From positions 558,001 to 622,000 of the forward strand of contig RSEE01000018.1 in assembly GCA_003971905.1 (NCBI GenBank): 64,000 bases of DNA, given 5' to 3'. Under the pieces are notes generated by a model. The model did no database searches. It was not told the DNA's origin and worked only from the letters and a program-made list of their open reading frames with translations. Source of the stretch: Moniliella sp. 'wahieum'. Lineage: Eukaryota. This document shows, piece by piece, positions 51,426 to 64,000 of the stretch (positions are counted from its first letter, which is position 1; each line of letters opens with the position of its first letter). Position numbers and translations under genes: made by a program.

Positions 51426-53677
51426 AGGGTGTGATGGTGTTTTCACGGTTACCGGTTAGCCACTGCCGTGACGCGTGACGCGTGAATATCAATCTTCGTC
51501 CGACAGGTCACGCGGTCACCCGGTCACGCGTCGGCGGCCCACATGTCACATCCGCCGATGCGCCCATGTCCCATGCTTCACATGTGATGCATGTGACTAG
51601 GAACTCATGCGGACACACGGCCTACAGGTCCCATGCATCACAGGGGTTAGCGCTAAGCTTAGCGGGCAAGCCACGTCTGTGAAGCAAGCATATGCTCTCC
51701 AGAAATCCACATACTCTCGGGGCTTTTTGTACCACGCGTCTGTCCCGGGCCTGAGCAGTGCCTGAGCGCTCCCAGGCCTGTGCCTTGGGCCTGAGGTAGC
51801 CGCGGTGCTGAGGCGCTGAGGCGCTGAGGGTCCTTGGGCCTGGCCATCGAATCAGGGTCAGCTTCAGGGGGGCTGCAAATGTACGTAACGCGTAAGCGCT
51901 AAGCGCTAAATACAGTAATCCGGCAAGCCGGCCTGCCCCGGAGTGCGGCTGTGTGCCTTCTTAGTGCCGTCCTGTGCCGCCTTGCCGCCTCAGGGCTGCC
52001 TCCGCGCCGCAACAGCCGCAACACCGGCGCCCGGCCGGCGCCGCAACCAGTCTTGGCATTTGCCTCACTTGATTTCGCCCTGTCTCGCCTCCGATCAGAG
52101 GGAGGCTTTAGTGCGCATCAGTCCGAGGCTCCAGCCCAGAGTCCAGTGGCGCTGTCCGCGTTTAGCGCTTCGCCTGCAGCATGAATCACGTGGCACATGC
52201 GCCTGCGCCACAATCTACCCTGCTTCAATGGAGCAACTGCCGAAAACTGACAGCGCCTATAGGAGCAGAGAGGTGCCAAGTTTGAGCGGCTGAGCCTCCA
52301 GATATCTTTAGAGCTTGAGAGCGTGAGCGTTCTGGCTGCACGGACTGCTTCCATGTGCTCTGCTAGTGCGTGCAAAGGTGGACGTTGAACGTTTGAGCTT
52401 GAATCGCCCTGCCGGGGCGGATGCCGATGATCGAGGACTGGGGCCGCATGAATAATCGAGGATGTCAAGATCTGAGACCTATTTGCGTCTCGGAAAGCCG
52501 GTGTGCTTGGCAAACCCGCAGTGGTGCGACCATCATGCATCGTACACACCAACCATCGATCATCTCGAACATCGGGCGGGCGCGGGGGCGTTGCCATCAT
52601 GTCATGCTTTTGTGTGTGATTGCATGATGTTCGAGGATTAATGCGCGCATTAATGAGGCGTCTTCCGCCGGTCAAATGTGCTATCGGGATGCCCAAGATG
52701 GACAATGGCGATTCCCCCGTCTTCATTATTACGACGGGGGGGGGACGGACGCACAACGAGAGCGGCAAGTGAGCGTCAGTTCACACTCAAGATGAACGAA
52801 CGGAGGGGTGCTGAGTAACTCAGTACTGAGTGAGTACGCAGTACAGAGTGTACTGATGTACTGTGTAGTCTCACGACCGAGCGGGCGCTGTGCCAGCCTA
52901 AGCTTTTCACCAACCAGCCAAGTGTGGCGTTTCGTGGAAAAAACGAGGGCTTCGTCCGTTTATCAAGCTTCAAGCTAAGCGTCACTAGCGTCACCACGAT
53001 GGAATGACGATTATCGATCATTAATCATTGGTCAACTACTGACTGGTAGTCACTAGTCACTGTCACTGCAGCACTGCTACCGCTGCTGTGCGAGGTGGAT
53101 TAGGCGTTGGCCTGCGTTCAATTGCCGGGGGAGGGAGATTCAGAATACGAGGTGCTGCGGATAGATGCTCTGCCCCTTGCGAGACACTCGTATGGCTGTT
53201 CGCAGCGCGCAAGCACTTAGTACCCTCAGTAATCAATGCGAGAGTACTCAGCTAAGTGCCCTGTGGCTCCGCTCCGTGGCTCAGCCCCAGTCTTGGGCCT
53301 TTCCAACACTGTGTGTAGGATACGACGCCCCCTGATCGTGTACGTACACCTCACCTCGCCAAACACCTTATCCCACCCACTATGCACTGTGCCACTCCAA
53401 AGGAGAACAAGGACGCAGTGCGGCGTTCGAGTCTTGTGCTGTACACACAGCGCGCCCAGTATCAGAGACATCCAGTTTCTATAGTGCTAGTTCAGCGTAG
53501 GCATCGCCTTAAAGGTGCCGCCACTCCTCGTCCGCCACGGAGGTTCGTCTTTCGTCCCCGCCTCGCTCAACGCACACTCCCTTCTTTGTCCTTTCAACCC
53601 CTGGGCCTTGCTCATCCACATCGCCGCGCGCTCCCAATCCCACAGTGCGCACAATCCAACCAGTGTTGTTGGTCTAG

Positions 53678-53753
53678 GTGAGCAGACTGCGCTCAGGAGT
53701 GCCTTGGAGCTCCCCTGTGTACTAACACCCTCATGCTCTTCATCCTCTTCTAG
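53678..53753 (+). other. Probable 5'-UTR intron ending immediately before the ATG at 53754
   Basis: GTGAGC donor, perfect TACTAAC branch point, pyrimidine tract, TAG|ATG. Confidence 0.7.
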
Positions 53754-56700
53754 ATGCAGGTCTGGTCTGCCTTGTTCTTGGCGGGCGCCGCCGTGGCTAC
53801 CCTGCCGGGTGTCCGCGCGCAATGCGCTTGTGGTTACCAAGACCCAACCACCCTTGCCCTCTTCACCGATGCCGTCATCACTTACTTCAACGAGACTGGA
53901 GCCGCCGACCAAGTCGTTTTTGTACCCGAAAAGTCGGCTGACCGGTACGGACGGGACAGCGCCGGTACGCTGGCACGGGTCAGCAGCCTTGGATCAACAG
54001 TCAGCGCACGAATGAATGGGAAGACGATTTCTCAGCTACCTGGCGCAGCGCCGTCTCGTACAACAACACCTTTCTCATCGCCAACGAGAGTATGGGCATG
54101 ATGGTTGCCGCTGCCGACATCAAAAACCGAATCGTTTATGGAAGTCAGTTCCAGACCCGTCGCCGTGACATTCTGTACGGATCCTTCCGGACTATGGTCT
54201 TGCCCCCTACCGATTCCAATGCTGGAACCGAGTTCGACATTGAGCTCGCGTACAACGAATCGTCCGTGGTTCAAACCTCCTTTTTCAGTAACGACAATGC
54301 GTCTGATGCCACGGTCTCCATGGGCTTTTCCTCTAAATCTAACGGTCTCAACCCCGTGTTTGTCAACCAGTCCAATATCAGTCCAGGCCAGGGAAACGAT
54401 GTTTGGCACGAATACCGCATGGACTGGCTCCCCACTGTGCTGAGCTGGAGCAACGACGGCACCAATGCGAGTCTCACTTCGATGGCCAAGCCTAAGAAGA
54501 AGGGAACACAACTTCCTGTTCTTCCGGCTCCATTCAGTTTCAAGCACTGGTCCAACGGTTCTCCCACCGGATCCCACGGACCTCCCAAGCACCACTCTCC
54601 TCTTGCTCAAATCCGCTACGCTCGTCTCTTCTTCAACTCGTCACTCGCCACGCGTTCCTCGCAGTTTGATGAACAGTGCGCCGCTGCTGGTGGTGCCCAG
54701 GTGTGCTCGACGGAAGACTGGACCTTGCGCGGCTCGACCGAGCTGGACCTAGCCATGACTGTGAACCAACCCTTGCCCCACAAACATTACCACGCTCGTC
54801 CGTACGCTTGGATTGGGTTTACAGTTTCAATCGGAATCTTTACTGCCCTCTTTGTCCATGCGTTTGTTCGCCGTGTGATCACCTCCCGCATCAAGCGCCG
54901 TGCCTTCTACGACGACTACAACCAGAAACAAGAAGAGCTCCAGGCGGAACAGGCTTCCCAGACGATTGCGTCGTCGCCTACCTCACCTAACCCACCCTCC
55001 AACAGTTTCCGCAAGAGTGACTACACCGACGTGGAACTGGCCGAGATGGCGGATCAGAAGGTATTTGACGAGGCAATGGCGACGTGGGACAACCCCGAGT
55101 TCTTGGCTGATCACTTGGATCAAGTCGATGATGACGATTCGGACATTGACGAAAAGAAGAGGCGATCGTCGAAGATCCGTTCTACCAGCACAACACTGAT
55201 TCCAGTTCGCAGGTCAGCTTGTCCCAAAGCCTCAAGTCAGGCTACCGCCTGCCCTCGGTTCATTACGTCCCTGGCACGCCCCACACCACTCGTCCTGCGT
55301 CACTCTACAGCAACACCACCGACTTGGCCGCTCGCATTCGCAGTGGAATTTCGACACCGACCGGACGAGGTACGCCGACAGGCGCGCTGACCCCCAATTT
55401 GGGTCGTCACACTCCTATGCTATCTTTCAACTCGCCTGCCATGACAACTAGCGACTCATTGGGCATGCTTCAACGTGCGGATCAACCTTCTCCGTCGGGT
55501 GACCAAGGTTCCTCGGTGTACGAGCCATCAATTGTTTCAGGAGAGGATGGGTTGGGTGCACCGCCCGCAATGCCGCCTATGGTCACGTTGCATCCTCATC
55601 CACAAATGCTTCTGGAGGATGGATCGGCGATGCCGGTACACTGGGTGACACCGATTGCTGAATGGAAGCCCGCGGCGCCGACGACCAAAGTGAGGCGCAA
55701 GGCACGCTGGCCAAGCCGGCAGGGGCTGGGGCCGATAAAAAGGCGGACAAGGCAGATGAGGCGAAGGAGACGTTTTGGGAGCATCAAGTACAAGATCTTT
55801 GTCCACACGGGCGAGGGACGGGCAACCGCGTCGGGGGCCGCCCGGGTCGAGTACTTGGACGGTCTTCGTGGGTTTGCTTGCTTGCTCGTCTCGTTGCACC
55901 ACTGGACGTTGATTTTCGAATATTCGTTCACAACGGCAGGCGTCACGGCGCACTATGGCTTTGACAAATGGATCTACCGCGTCTTGGGCCCCATTATCTG
56001 CAATGGTGGTCTGAATGTCGGCATCTTCTTCGTTCTGGCCGCCCGTGTGATCGCGAACCGGTACTTGGTGCGTGGGAACCTGCAAGACCTGGCCCAGCAA
56101 ATCTTTACGCGTGTCCCTCGTCTGGCTACGACCATCACAGCTGCCTTGCTCATCAACTACTTCCTCATTGAATCGGTACGTCTTCTGGATCACTCTATTT
56201 CCACTAGTGGGCGTGTTGCTAACAGTTCCTCGTTTTCGCTTTTCAGGGTGCATTTTACTGGGTCTCTCGTCTACCTTCGCGGACGTACAGCGTCTGGTCA
56301 TACTACCATGACTACTCCTCGGTGGGCGAGTTCATCGATTCATACCTCACGCTCTGGTTTATGCAACCACCTACCATCACCCCCTCACGCGGCACTATGC
56401 CACCGGCATTCTCTGGACTGTCCCCGTCATCATTCAATCGTCCTGGACAGTCTACATTTGCGCCCTGATCGCCCGGGAGATCAAGAAACCATGGAAACGG
56501 TATGGATTCTACATGGCTTGCTTGACGTTGGAATGGTGGTCGAACCGGTACGATTACTTCTTCATTGGTGGCCTGATGATTGCCGACTTGGACAACCGTC
56601 TCAAATACCGCCAACTGTCGGCCAAAGGAATCAATTTTCAGAAAGTTCACCGTCACCCTTGAACCCTTTGCTTGGATCCTCTTCTTCCTGGGCGCGGTCA

Positions 56701-57173
56701 TTACCTGGCTGACCCAGAATGGCACGTTTGACGCGCCCGGGGTGAGTTTGGGATCAAGGCCAACTTCCAGACGGGCAGCCCGAACAAGTGGACCGACACC
56801 CCTCTGCAGTACTACCACCTCCCCGCCATCAAGACTGCATCTGGGTTTTCTCCTTCTTCCTCCTTTGCGACTTGAGCAACTTTGTCCGCACCGTCTTTAC
56901 GCTGCGCGTCTGGACCATCTTTGGCGCAACGCGTTTTCGCTCTACTTGCTTCACGGGACAGTCTTCTGGACCGTGGGTGCGGTCTCGACCTTGAAGATGC
57001 TCAGAGCCGGCTTCCCGTACTGGGCTGCCATGATCATCAACTTCTTCTTGTGCTACGTCGTTCTTTTCGTCGCGTGTGAGATCTTTACACGTACCTTTGA
57101 CCGCTGGGGCATTATGGTCGCTCGCGCATGCTGGCGCGCTGCTTCCGGTGGTCTGGGACGTCGCATTCGTTAA
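53754..57173 (+). CDS. Membrane protein with signal peptide, GH16/ConA-like domain, one TM helix, a low-complexity linker and an acyltransferase-3 (OafA-like) multi-TM domain; intron 56176-56246; frameshifted
   Basis: MQVWSALFLAGAAVATLPGVRAQCACGY, RRDILYGSFR, WHEYRMDWLP, FKHWSNG..GPP, TM WIGFTVSIGIFTALFVHA, then RVEYLDGLRGFACLLVSLHH, VGIFFVLAA, RVPRL and FSLYLLHG. Confidence 0.82.
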
Positions 57174-59113
57174 CCACTGTGTGTACTGTTGGGTTACTTT
57201 TGTCATCTCGTTTCCTCTGTGTCTCTCTTATCTGTCTTAATTTTCTTTTCTCTTTTGCTTTAAACTGGGTCTATTGCCCAAGCTTGCAACAGTTATATCT
57301 CCTTGCTCTACAGTTTCTGTCTCCTTGTTCTCGTACCTACTACTGCGAGCTCCGCGGGAGATCCCTATCTCCTCCGGCTTTTGCGTTCGGCGGTATCGAT
57401 ATAACGACTGCTGTATATAGCACACTTCTTTGTCTCCTTTCCTATCCCCCTTCTTTCTTCTTCAAGTGCATAACGAAGATCTGACGTGTCTATATGAATA
57501 ATGATCTGCACGAACCGTGGCTACGCTTTGGGGGATGACAAAAGAAACTGAGCTCTCGGCAATTGAAAACTAAAGATGCTATTATACGTTTCTGGTCAAG
57601 AATGCTGATGGAGAGAAATCACAAATGCACTGCATGGTATAGGTCCTCGTTCTCCTGGCGTTCTCAAGGTTCGCGCGGGAGCGGGTCCGTTCGTGTACCA
57701 TCCTTTGGTACGCCAACATCGCCTCTCGCATTCCCGAGCCCCGCAGAGTGTGGTCCTCACCTCCATTCTTGATCGCCGAATGTTCTAGATCCTATCACTC
57801 GATCGGTTCGTTAGTACTATAGTCAGTACAATCGCCATTCTCCCAAGCCTCGTCTCTACCTCCTTCACCATCCGCTCGTTGTGGGTGTGTGGACCACACT
57901 AACTGGAGGATTGGCTCTGCACCGCCTCATGCAATGCACCAGACTTGGACTGGGTGCGGAGGGGAGGGTAAGCCAAAATATGCTCGAGCGAGGACATATG
58001 ACATCACGACACCCCACTTACGCAACATTCTGCGTGTAGAACGATACAGTGTACCGAGTTAGAGACTATTCTGAACCTTCTTGTCGGCGAGCACGAGGTA
58101 TTGTGCTGGTGGTATTGAGGAAAGCCAAGTGCAGTGAGCGCATTAGTAAATTGCTGTGCTCATACCAGTGTATGGATGAGTTATTTGTCCTCACCACATA
58201 TAACCAAGTTGTATAGGAGAAGAGAGGAGGGCATCGGACATGCCCACATGGTGGAGGGCAGGTGCTAGATAGCCGCCCAGTATTGTGAGTTGTGTACACC
58301 ATTACTACAACATGCAAGTGATACACGACGCCTCTCTCGTCGGGAACCACTCTCAATAATATATGCAAACAATAAGCTTCTGTTTGTGGTGTGGGTGCAG
58401 AATGTATATATAGGTCTCAACAGAGCCTGCTATTAATAGGACGGACAAAAAAGGGAAGTCTAACGCTATGGATGTGTCTTTGGCTTTGATAGACCGTGAG
58501 ATGAGACATATCACAGATGATACTCCCGTTGCACTACTGATGATGTCGATGAGGGTATGTCGTTTCACGGGATGCAAGGCAAAGAGACGGTGTGGGGGCT
58601 GGTATTATATGTTCCGCGACGAGACTACTAATAATAATATAAATGAACTGTGGGTGTGGTGTGGTGAAGACTCTTCTCCGTATCAGCGGTGTGTATTAGC
58701 CCAAGAAGGCTGCTAACTTTGCGTCTCCTGTGTCCAGGCATCGGGAGAGGAGCGGGTGGAGGCTGCGGAAATGCGGGGAACTGGCTATTAGCAAAACGCT
58801 AACCTTTTAGTAGTGTAAGTCGCGCTGATGAGGACATCGATCATGCATGCAGGGTTATTGTCGTGGAGAACGGAGTTTTGCCAACAAAATCGCGTGTGCT
58901 TTTCCTCCGCGGCAGGGGCACACAGTGGCGTGCAGCCACTCGCAGAGCACTCAGGAGGCGGAACGCTAACACAAAAGCATATTCTAGTGGACGCCCCCGC
59001 CACACAGTATTAATAGTACGTCAGCCCCCCCGTTTCTCTTATGGATCGCCCTCCCCCTCCTCACTCCATTCGCAATACTGTCCCCACCTCCACCAACATC
59101 GAAACCCCGTTGC

Positions 59114-62100
59114 ATGGGTACCCTGACTGATATTGCCCCCTCTTCCGTCTCCGCCTCTTCGGCCACCCAGCCGCCACCTCCACCCATCTTGGGTCGGGGC
59201 GCCCCTGCATTCGTGGGTGCCGACGTGAACACCAATTTTAACGCCGCTGATCGTCAGTCTCCTCCGGCCCGTTTTCCCGTATACACAACCACCACAGTAG
59301 TATGCCAGAACTACGCCACTGGTTTTCACACACAGCTCCCGCGCCCGCGGTCCTTTGCCGCTTGTTTCCGGCACCCGGCCCCACTCAATATGCATTGTTC
59401 TCAACGATGGCAAAGAAGAGTTGCCCCTGGACGAGGAGGGTGCGATACCACATTCTCCAATCCTGGCACCTTCACACTGTTCTTCGGTTGTTAACGGCAT
59501 TTCCCCTCCAATAAATGGGCAACGTCTTCTTCACCGCCTCATTCATCCGCGTCGCTCCCATCAAGACAGTCAAGATCAGGCGCACTTTGACATGGATGAT
59601 GATCCATCCGTATCCCATCACTCGCGCCTTTCTCAGATTCTCGGCAATCGGGTTTCCAAGTCTTTGTTCCATCACCACCAGCGCAACGATTCCAAGATGA
59701 ATGATGACATTCCCGAACCCCACCCGAACAAGGTTGCCGCAGCCTCAGACTCAGTCCTCAGGGTGCAGAATGATCTGCACTTGGCCCAGCCTTGCTCAAC
59801 TGAAGAACATGTAGGTCGAGGTGGTAAAACACGGGTGAACGAAGAAACCAAGAGTCTGGACTCTTCTCCGCTCCCATCTGAGTTTGGAGTACTCCGCCAA
59901 AGGGCCAACGCTGGCAGCGGACTGGTGGATCGTATCCGCTCCCACCACTCCCACAGCAGAAGCGTTGCTGTCTCTACCAATAATACCCCGGTTACTGTGA
60001 ATGGTGATGAGCCCGCGGCCACCAAGGGGCGGGTGTCCTTCTTTCCGCCAAAGTCAAAAACTTCACGTGGGAACAGTAGCGCAACCCCCCCATCCACTGG
60101 TTCATCGCTCTCTCTCAGGCCCTCAAGGCGCAGCACCGGCTCAATCGTGTTGAAAACAGCAGACCAGGACCCAACCATTCCAGTATCCACCTCTTCTAAT
60201 AGAAGTTACATCCCCTTCCCTCGTCCTACCAGTGGCACCATCTCCGGCCGACGGGCTAGCAGCGGGCTGGATACTTTGACTGGGGCAAACACGGAAGACA
60301 CGAGCAATACGGGTCTTCTATCGCCAAGGGAACCCACCATGTCGGAGTTGATCAAGGCCGCGGTTCCCTCAGGGGCGCCAAGCTCAACTGAAGGATTGCC
60401 CTTGGGAAACCGCACACCCAAGTCCAACTGGCTTCTTCGTACCCATCCAGTCCGTCCCCCTTTCAGTCCAGATGGGACTTTTCAGTGTAGTGCAGATATG
60501 GACCCCAACATGCTTCCCCGTCCAGTTGCTGATACATTTTTCCCGGGACCTCCTACGAGGTTCACGAGACGCTTAATCCAAATAAGGTCTTGAGCAGCCT
60601 CAAGGAAGAACCGGATTCCCTTAACTGTTCCTCAAATGACCATTCCGCCCGTGGAGGCTTTCCCGAGCCATTGGTGCATCCTCGTCCTCGGACTGTTGTA
60701 CTGAACGATCTGGCAATTTCTTCTCAACCAGGGCAAGCTGAATTTGAGAAGACGATGAATTCGGCAAAGTTGGCGCAGAGGACCCCTGAGGTTCGAGTAG
60801 CAAGATCCTCCCCCCGACTTCGTCGCTTGGCTGCAGAGCGGTCTCAAGTGCCGTTCCCGCATTCATCGCCTTCCAAACATGTAAGTGAGCAGGGACAAAA
60901 GAAACGGAAAACAATTCAAAAGCAAAGATCTCGCTTCCGTTGTCAGAGGCACACACTCTAGAACCTCATCTGCGCTCCTCAAACTCTCTCAATTCCCAAC
61001 TCTCTTTATTGTCCCCACCCTCACCTCCTCACACACAAGCAAGCAACCAATCTGCATTTCAAACGGCTATCTTATCCCAAGAAGAAGGAGCCAAGAATTT
61101 CTAATGGCAGCATAACCGACAGCAACAGCTCGGTGTGGAAACGGAACCTGGTTCCCAGTTCCGTTCTCATTCCCAGTCCTCTGTCGCACATCTCATCGCT
61201 CGGCAGGACAAGCTACCAACTGGACCGCGTGGTACTAACCATTCAGACACTTCGGATATCATCACGTCTCCTCGATTGCACGGTGCCTCGTCGACAGCCA
61301 ATAATCAACTGCTTCATCCGATTCGGACAAGAATTCGTTGGGATCACTTGCCCAACACACCTCATTCTCGAATCTCAAGAGGTCGATGGGTCGTCATTGG
61401 CATTGGTACGTTTCTCTGCTCTTGCTTATTTCATGGTGCGCTGGCATGCTGATTATGAATCACCTCTTCTCTGTACGAACACATTTTTGATGGATCTTGG
61501 GTGGATTATCGTCTAGATCTGAGTCGGGACCCGATTGGCCGGGGACAATACGGTGAGGTGTACGTAGCGTTGGAGACCCGAACAGGCCAAACGCTGGCAG
61601 TAAAGGTGATCCCGTTCAAGGGAAGAGATCCGGAGAGGCCCACACGCTCTTCAAAGAAGTGGATATGCTCAACGTTTGAGTCATCCGAGCGTAGTAGTGC
61701 GGTATATGGCGCCGTTAAGTCCAAGCATTGCCTGTACATCGTGACCGAGTATGTCGAGAATGGTTCGCTCCTCAAAACGCTCCGTTTTTGGGCAGTTCCA
61801 GGAGCCACTCGTCGCGGCGTACACATTCAAGACTTGATGGTCTGTGCCCTTCATGAAGCTGGGGGTAATCCATTGCGACCTGAAGGCAGCCAACATTTTG
61901 ACCACCAAGTCGGGAAATTAAGATCACGATTTGGTGTCTCCCGATGGTCGGTCAATTCACCTTCTCATGCCAATGATGTCATTGGAACCCTTATTGGATG
62001 GCGCCCGAGATCGTTTCGCTTCAAGGAGCGTCGAAAGCAAGCGACATTTGGTCGCTGGGGTGTCTGGTGATTGAACTGTTGACCGGCCATCCACCTTATG

Positions 62101-63309
62101 CAAAGCTCAACGCGATGGGAGCCCTGTATAAGATCGTAATCGACCCCCATCCTCCCTTGCCCCCTGACATAACGGAGGACCTGAACGAGTTCTTGCTGTC
62201 CTGCTTTGCCAAGCTGCCCACCCAGAGACCTCCCGCCAGAGACCTGTTGAGCCATCGTTGGTTGAATCAGGTATGGACCAACGACCCATCTCTCGCCCAA
62301 AATTCGCTGCCCGCTTTGCACCGCATCTCAGCTGAAGCGCGCCGCTTGTCGCAAGTGTTGACCCCTGGACCCACTGCTACCCCACCCACCCACTGCGGAC
62401 TCTACACACTTCATTACGGCCTCCGTCATCCCTCTCAGATCTCGGCAGGGGTCGTGATTCTGTAACGTCATCGGCTCATGTTCGTCTGAGGCCGAGCAAC
62501 CCTCGCCTGCGCAGACTTTCCGAGGCTTCGACAGGTGGATCTGCTCCGTTACTTCAACACACATTTATCCGCTCCGTCTTCAGTCAAGCGTTGGAGTGCA
62601 GCGTTTGTTTGGAGGCGATTATCCCCATGTCGGATGCATTGCTATGCAGTGCCAAATGTGGACTTGTGTGCCATCGACGTTGTCTTGCCCAGGTTCCACT
62701 GCCTTGCGTACCCATCGCGTCTTTGCGTCAGTATGACACTTCTTATACGCCTCCACTGGATGCCTCGAACAACACCTCATCGTTGGTGGAGCCGGATCGC
62801 GACTTTGCTCCTGCTTCAAGTCATCTACCTCGTCGTCACTCCTGGAAGAAGAGCTACGGCTTCTCCATCTCAGCGAGGCTGCCACACCCAACCCGTCCGT
62901 ATTCCGCAGATGGCCCTCTCACCCTCCCTCCCATTCGTCTTCATCTTTTTCCAAACTGCATCTTCGTGGGCAGCGAAAGCACAAATTGCGCAAGTGGGCT
63001 AGCACCCGTACAACTCATAAGGATGCGTCCGTGACATTTACCCCCTCCCACACGCTTTCTCTGATTCACCCCAACCATCACCTCCACCATGGCGTCTCTT
63101 CTCCCCACACAGGAATGGGGACGCAGCAGGTTGCTGTGCATCGAGTCAGCAGCCCACAACTTGGTTCACAACAGTGCCCCCACCATCGCCACATCCACTT
63201 TCCCCGCAAGATGCACAGCAAGGTGGAGGATCCATCAAGCACGCAGACAGAAAACCTGATGCAAGCCACTGCCTCATCATGTAATTCCTCTTTGTACGCG
63301 CGCCCATGA
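59114..63309 (+). CDS. Cdc15/SepH-like (STE group) Ser/Thr kinase with a long disordered N-terminus and a C1-type zinc finger after the kinase domain; boundaries approximate
   Basis: IGRGQYGEVY..GQTLAVK, IVTEYVENGSL, IHCDLKAANIL, WMAPE, ASDIWSLGCLVIELLTGHPPY, HPPLP, then CSVCLEAI..LLCSAKCGLVCHRRC. Confidence 0.82.
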
Positions 63310-64000
63310 GATCTTCATATCTGCTCTGCCCAGGCCCTGTTCGTTTTTTTCTGCATCACACTCCTTTTGCCCCTTCCCATCCAATGAACCATCCCTCTTG
63401 CGCTCTGGACGTTTTTAGCTATACTTCCGTCCCCCTTTTGCCTGCCAAAGATGTGCATTGTGAACTCACTCAGTCTTATTTTGCCGGGCCGTCTCTCCCC
63501 TTTTGGCATATTTGTTTCTTCCCATTCAACAACCTCCCCCATTTTGGCGCTCGCATCTCTTTATTGGACTGTACCCACACCTCCGTTTGCCCATTCTAGC
63601 ACTCTACGTTTCCTGACATTGCGCTTTTACTGTGGTTGTCTATGATACTCCACTTCCTTTCCTATGACTGTGCATGTGAGAAAAGACAATTGATGGTCGA
63701 AGGTGCCGAAGATGGTGCGCGTTGAGAGTGATGTTTCTATCTTCAGGTCTTTTTATCTTCACAGGCCTCAGTTTGGCACGCAATGGTCCCCCTCAAAGGC
63801 CTTTTTTGGGCTCATATAAACGGTGGATTGTCACATGTCCATGTCAGTGACGACCTTCGACGAATCACATGCATAACGGGAAGTTTTGATGGCCCCTATG
63901 CCATCTGGGAAGGCGTTGCGAAGATCCCCAACGGCAGGCCGAATGAATTAATGAGACGAGGAAGGCAACCCTAACACATAGGCGCACTGGAGGCCCTCCT

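Noticed and set aside
57500..59000. Possible tRNA or ncRNA genes in intergenic DNA here and elsewhere
   Set aside because: No tRNA A/B-box cloverleaf or rRNA signature found by eye; tRNAscan-SE or Infernal would be needed.

Overview
Eukaryotic fungal DNA, most likely a basidiomycete of the Ustilaginomycotina (inferred from a MAP kinase that closely follows Ustilago Kpp2/Ubc3, and from short GT-AG introns). The assembly looks unpolished: nearly every gene has scattered 1-bp frameshifts, which I treat as sequencing errors. Genes seen: GLT1 (3' part), a SUR7/PalI membrane protein, a Ser/Pro-rich protein, a split DH/RhoGEF-like protein, SAM synthetase, SCP2, a C2H2 transcription factor, myotubularin, deoxyhypusine synthase, glucosidase II beta, eIF3L, a Kpp2-like MAPK, a Stealth phosphotransferase, a GH16-like/acyltransferase-3 fusion and a Cdc15-like kinase. 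Three things stand out. (1) GLT1 carries a full-length LAGLIDADG intein inserted just before an Fe-S ligand Cys, and the intein-coding DNA appears to contain a 60-nt spliceosomal intron. (2) Non-coding DNA, especially two gene-poor tracts of about 6-7 kb, follows a 7-bp periodic pattern, TNA-[4-bp palindrome]-TNA. It uses 12 different palindromic cores, some mixed in register within one chain, which resembles repeated insertion/excision footprints. (3) A small Helitron-like repeat occurs in three copies, two of which form a fold-back pair.
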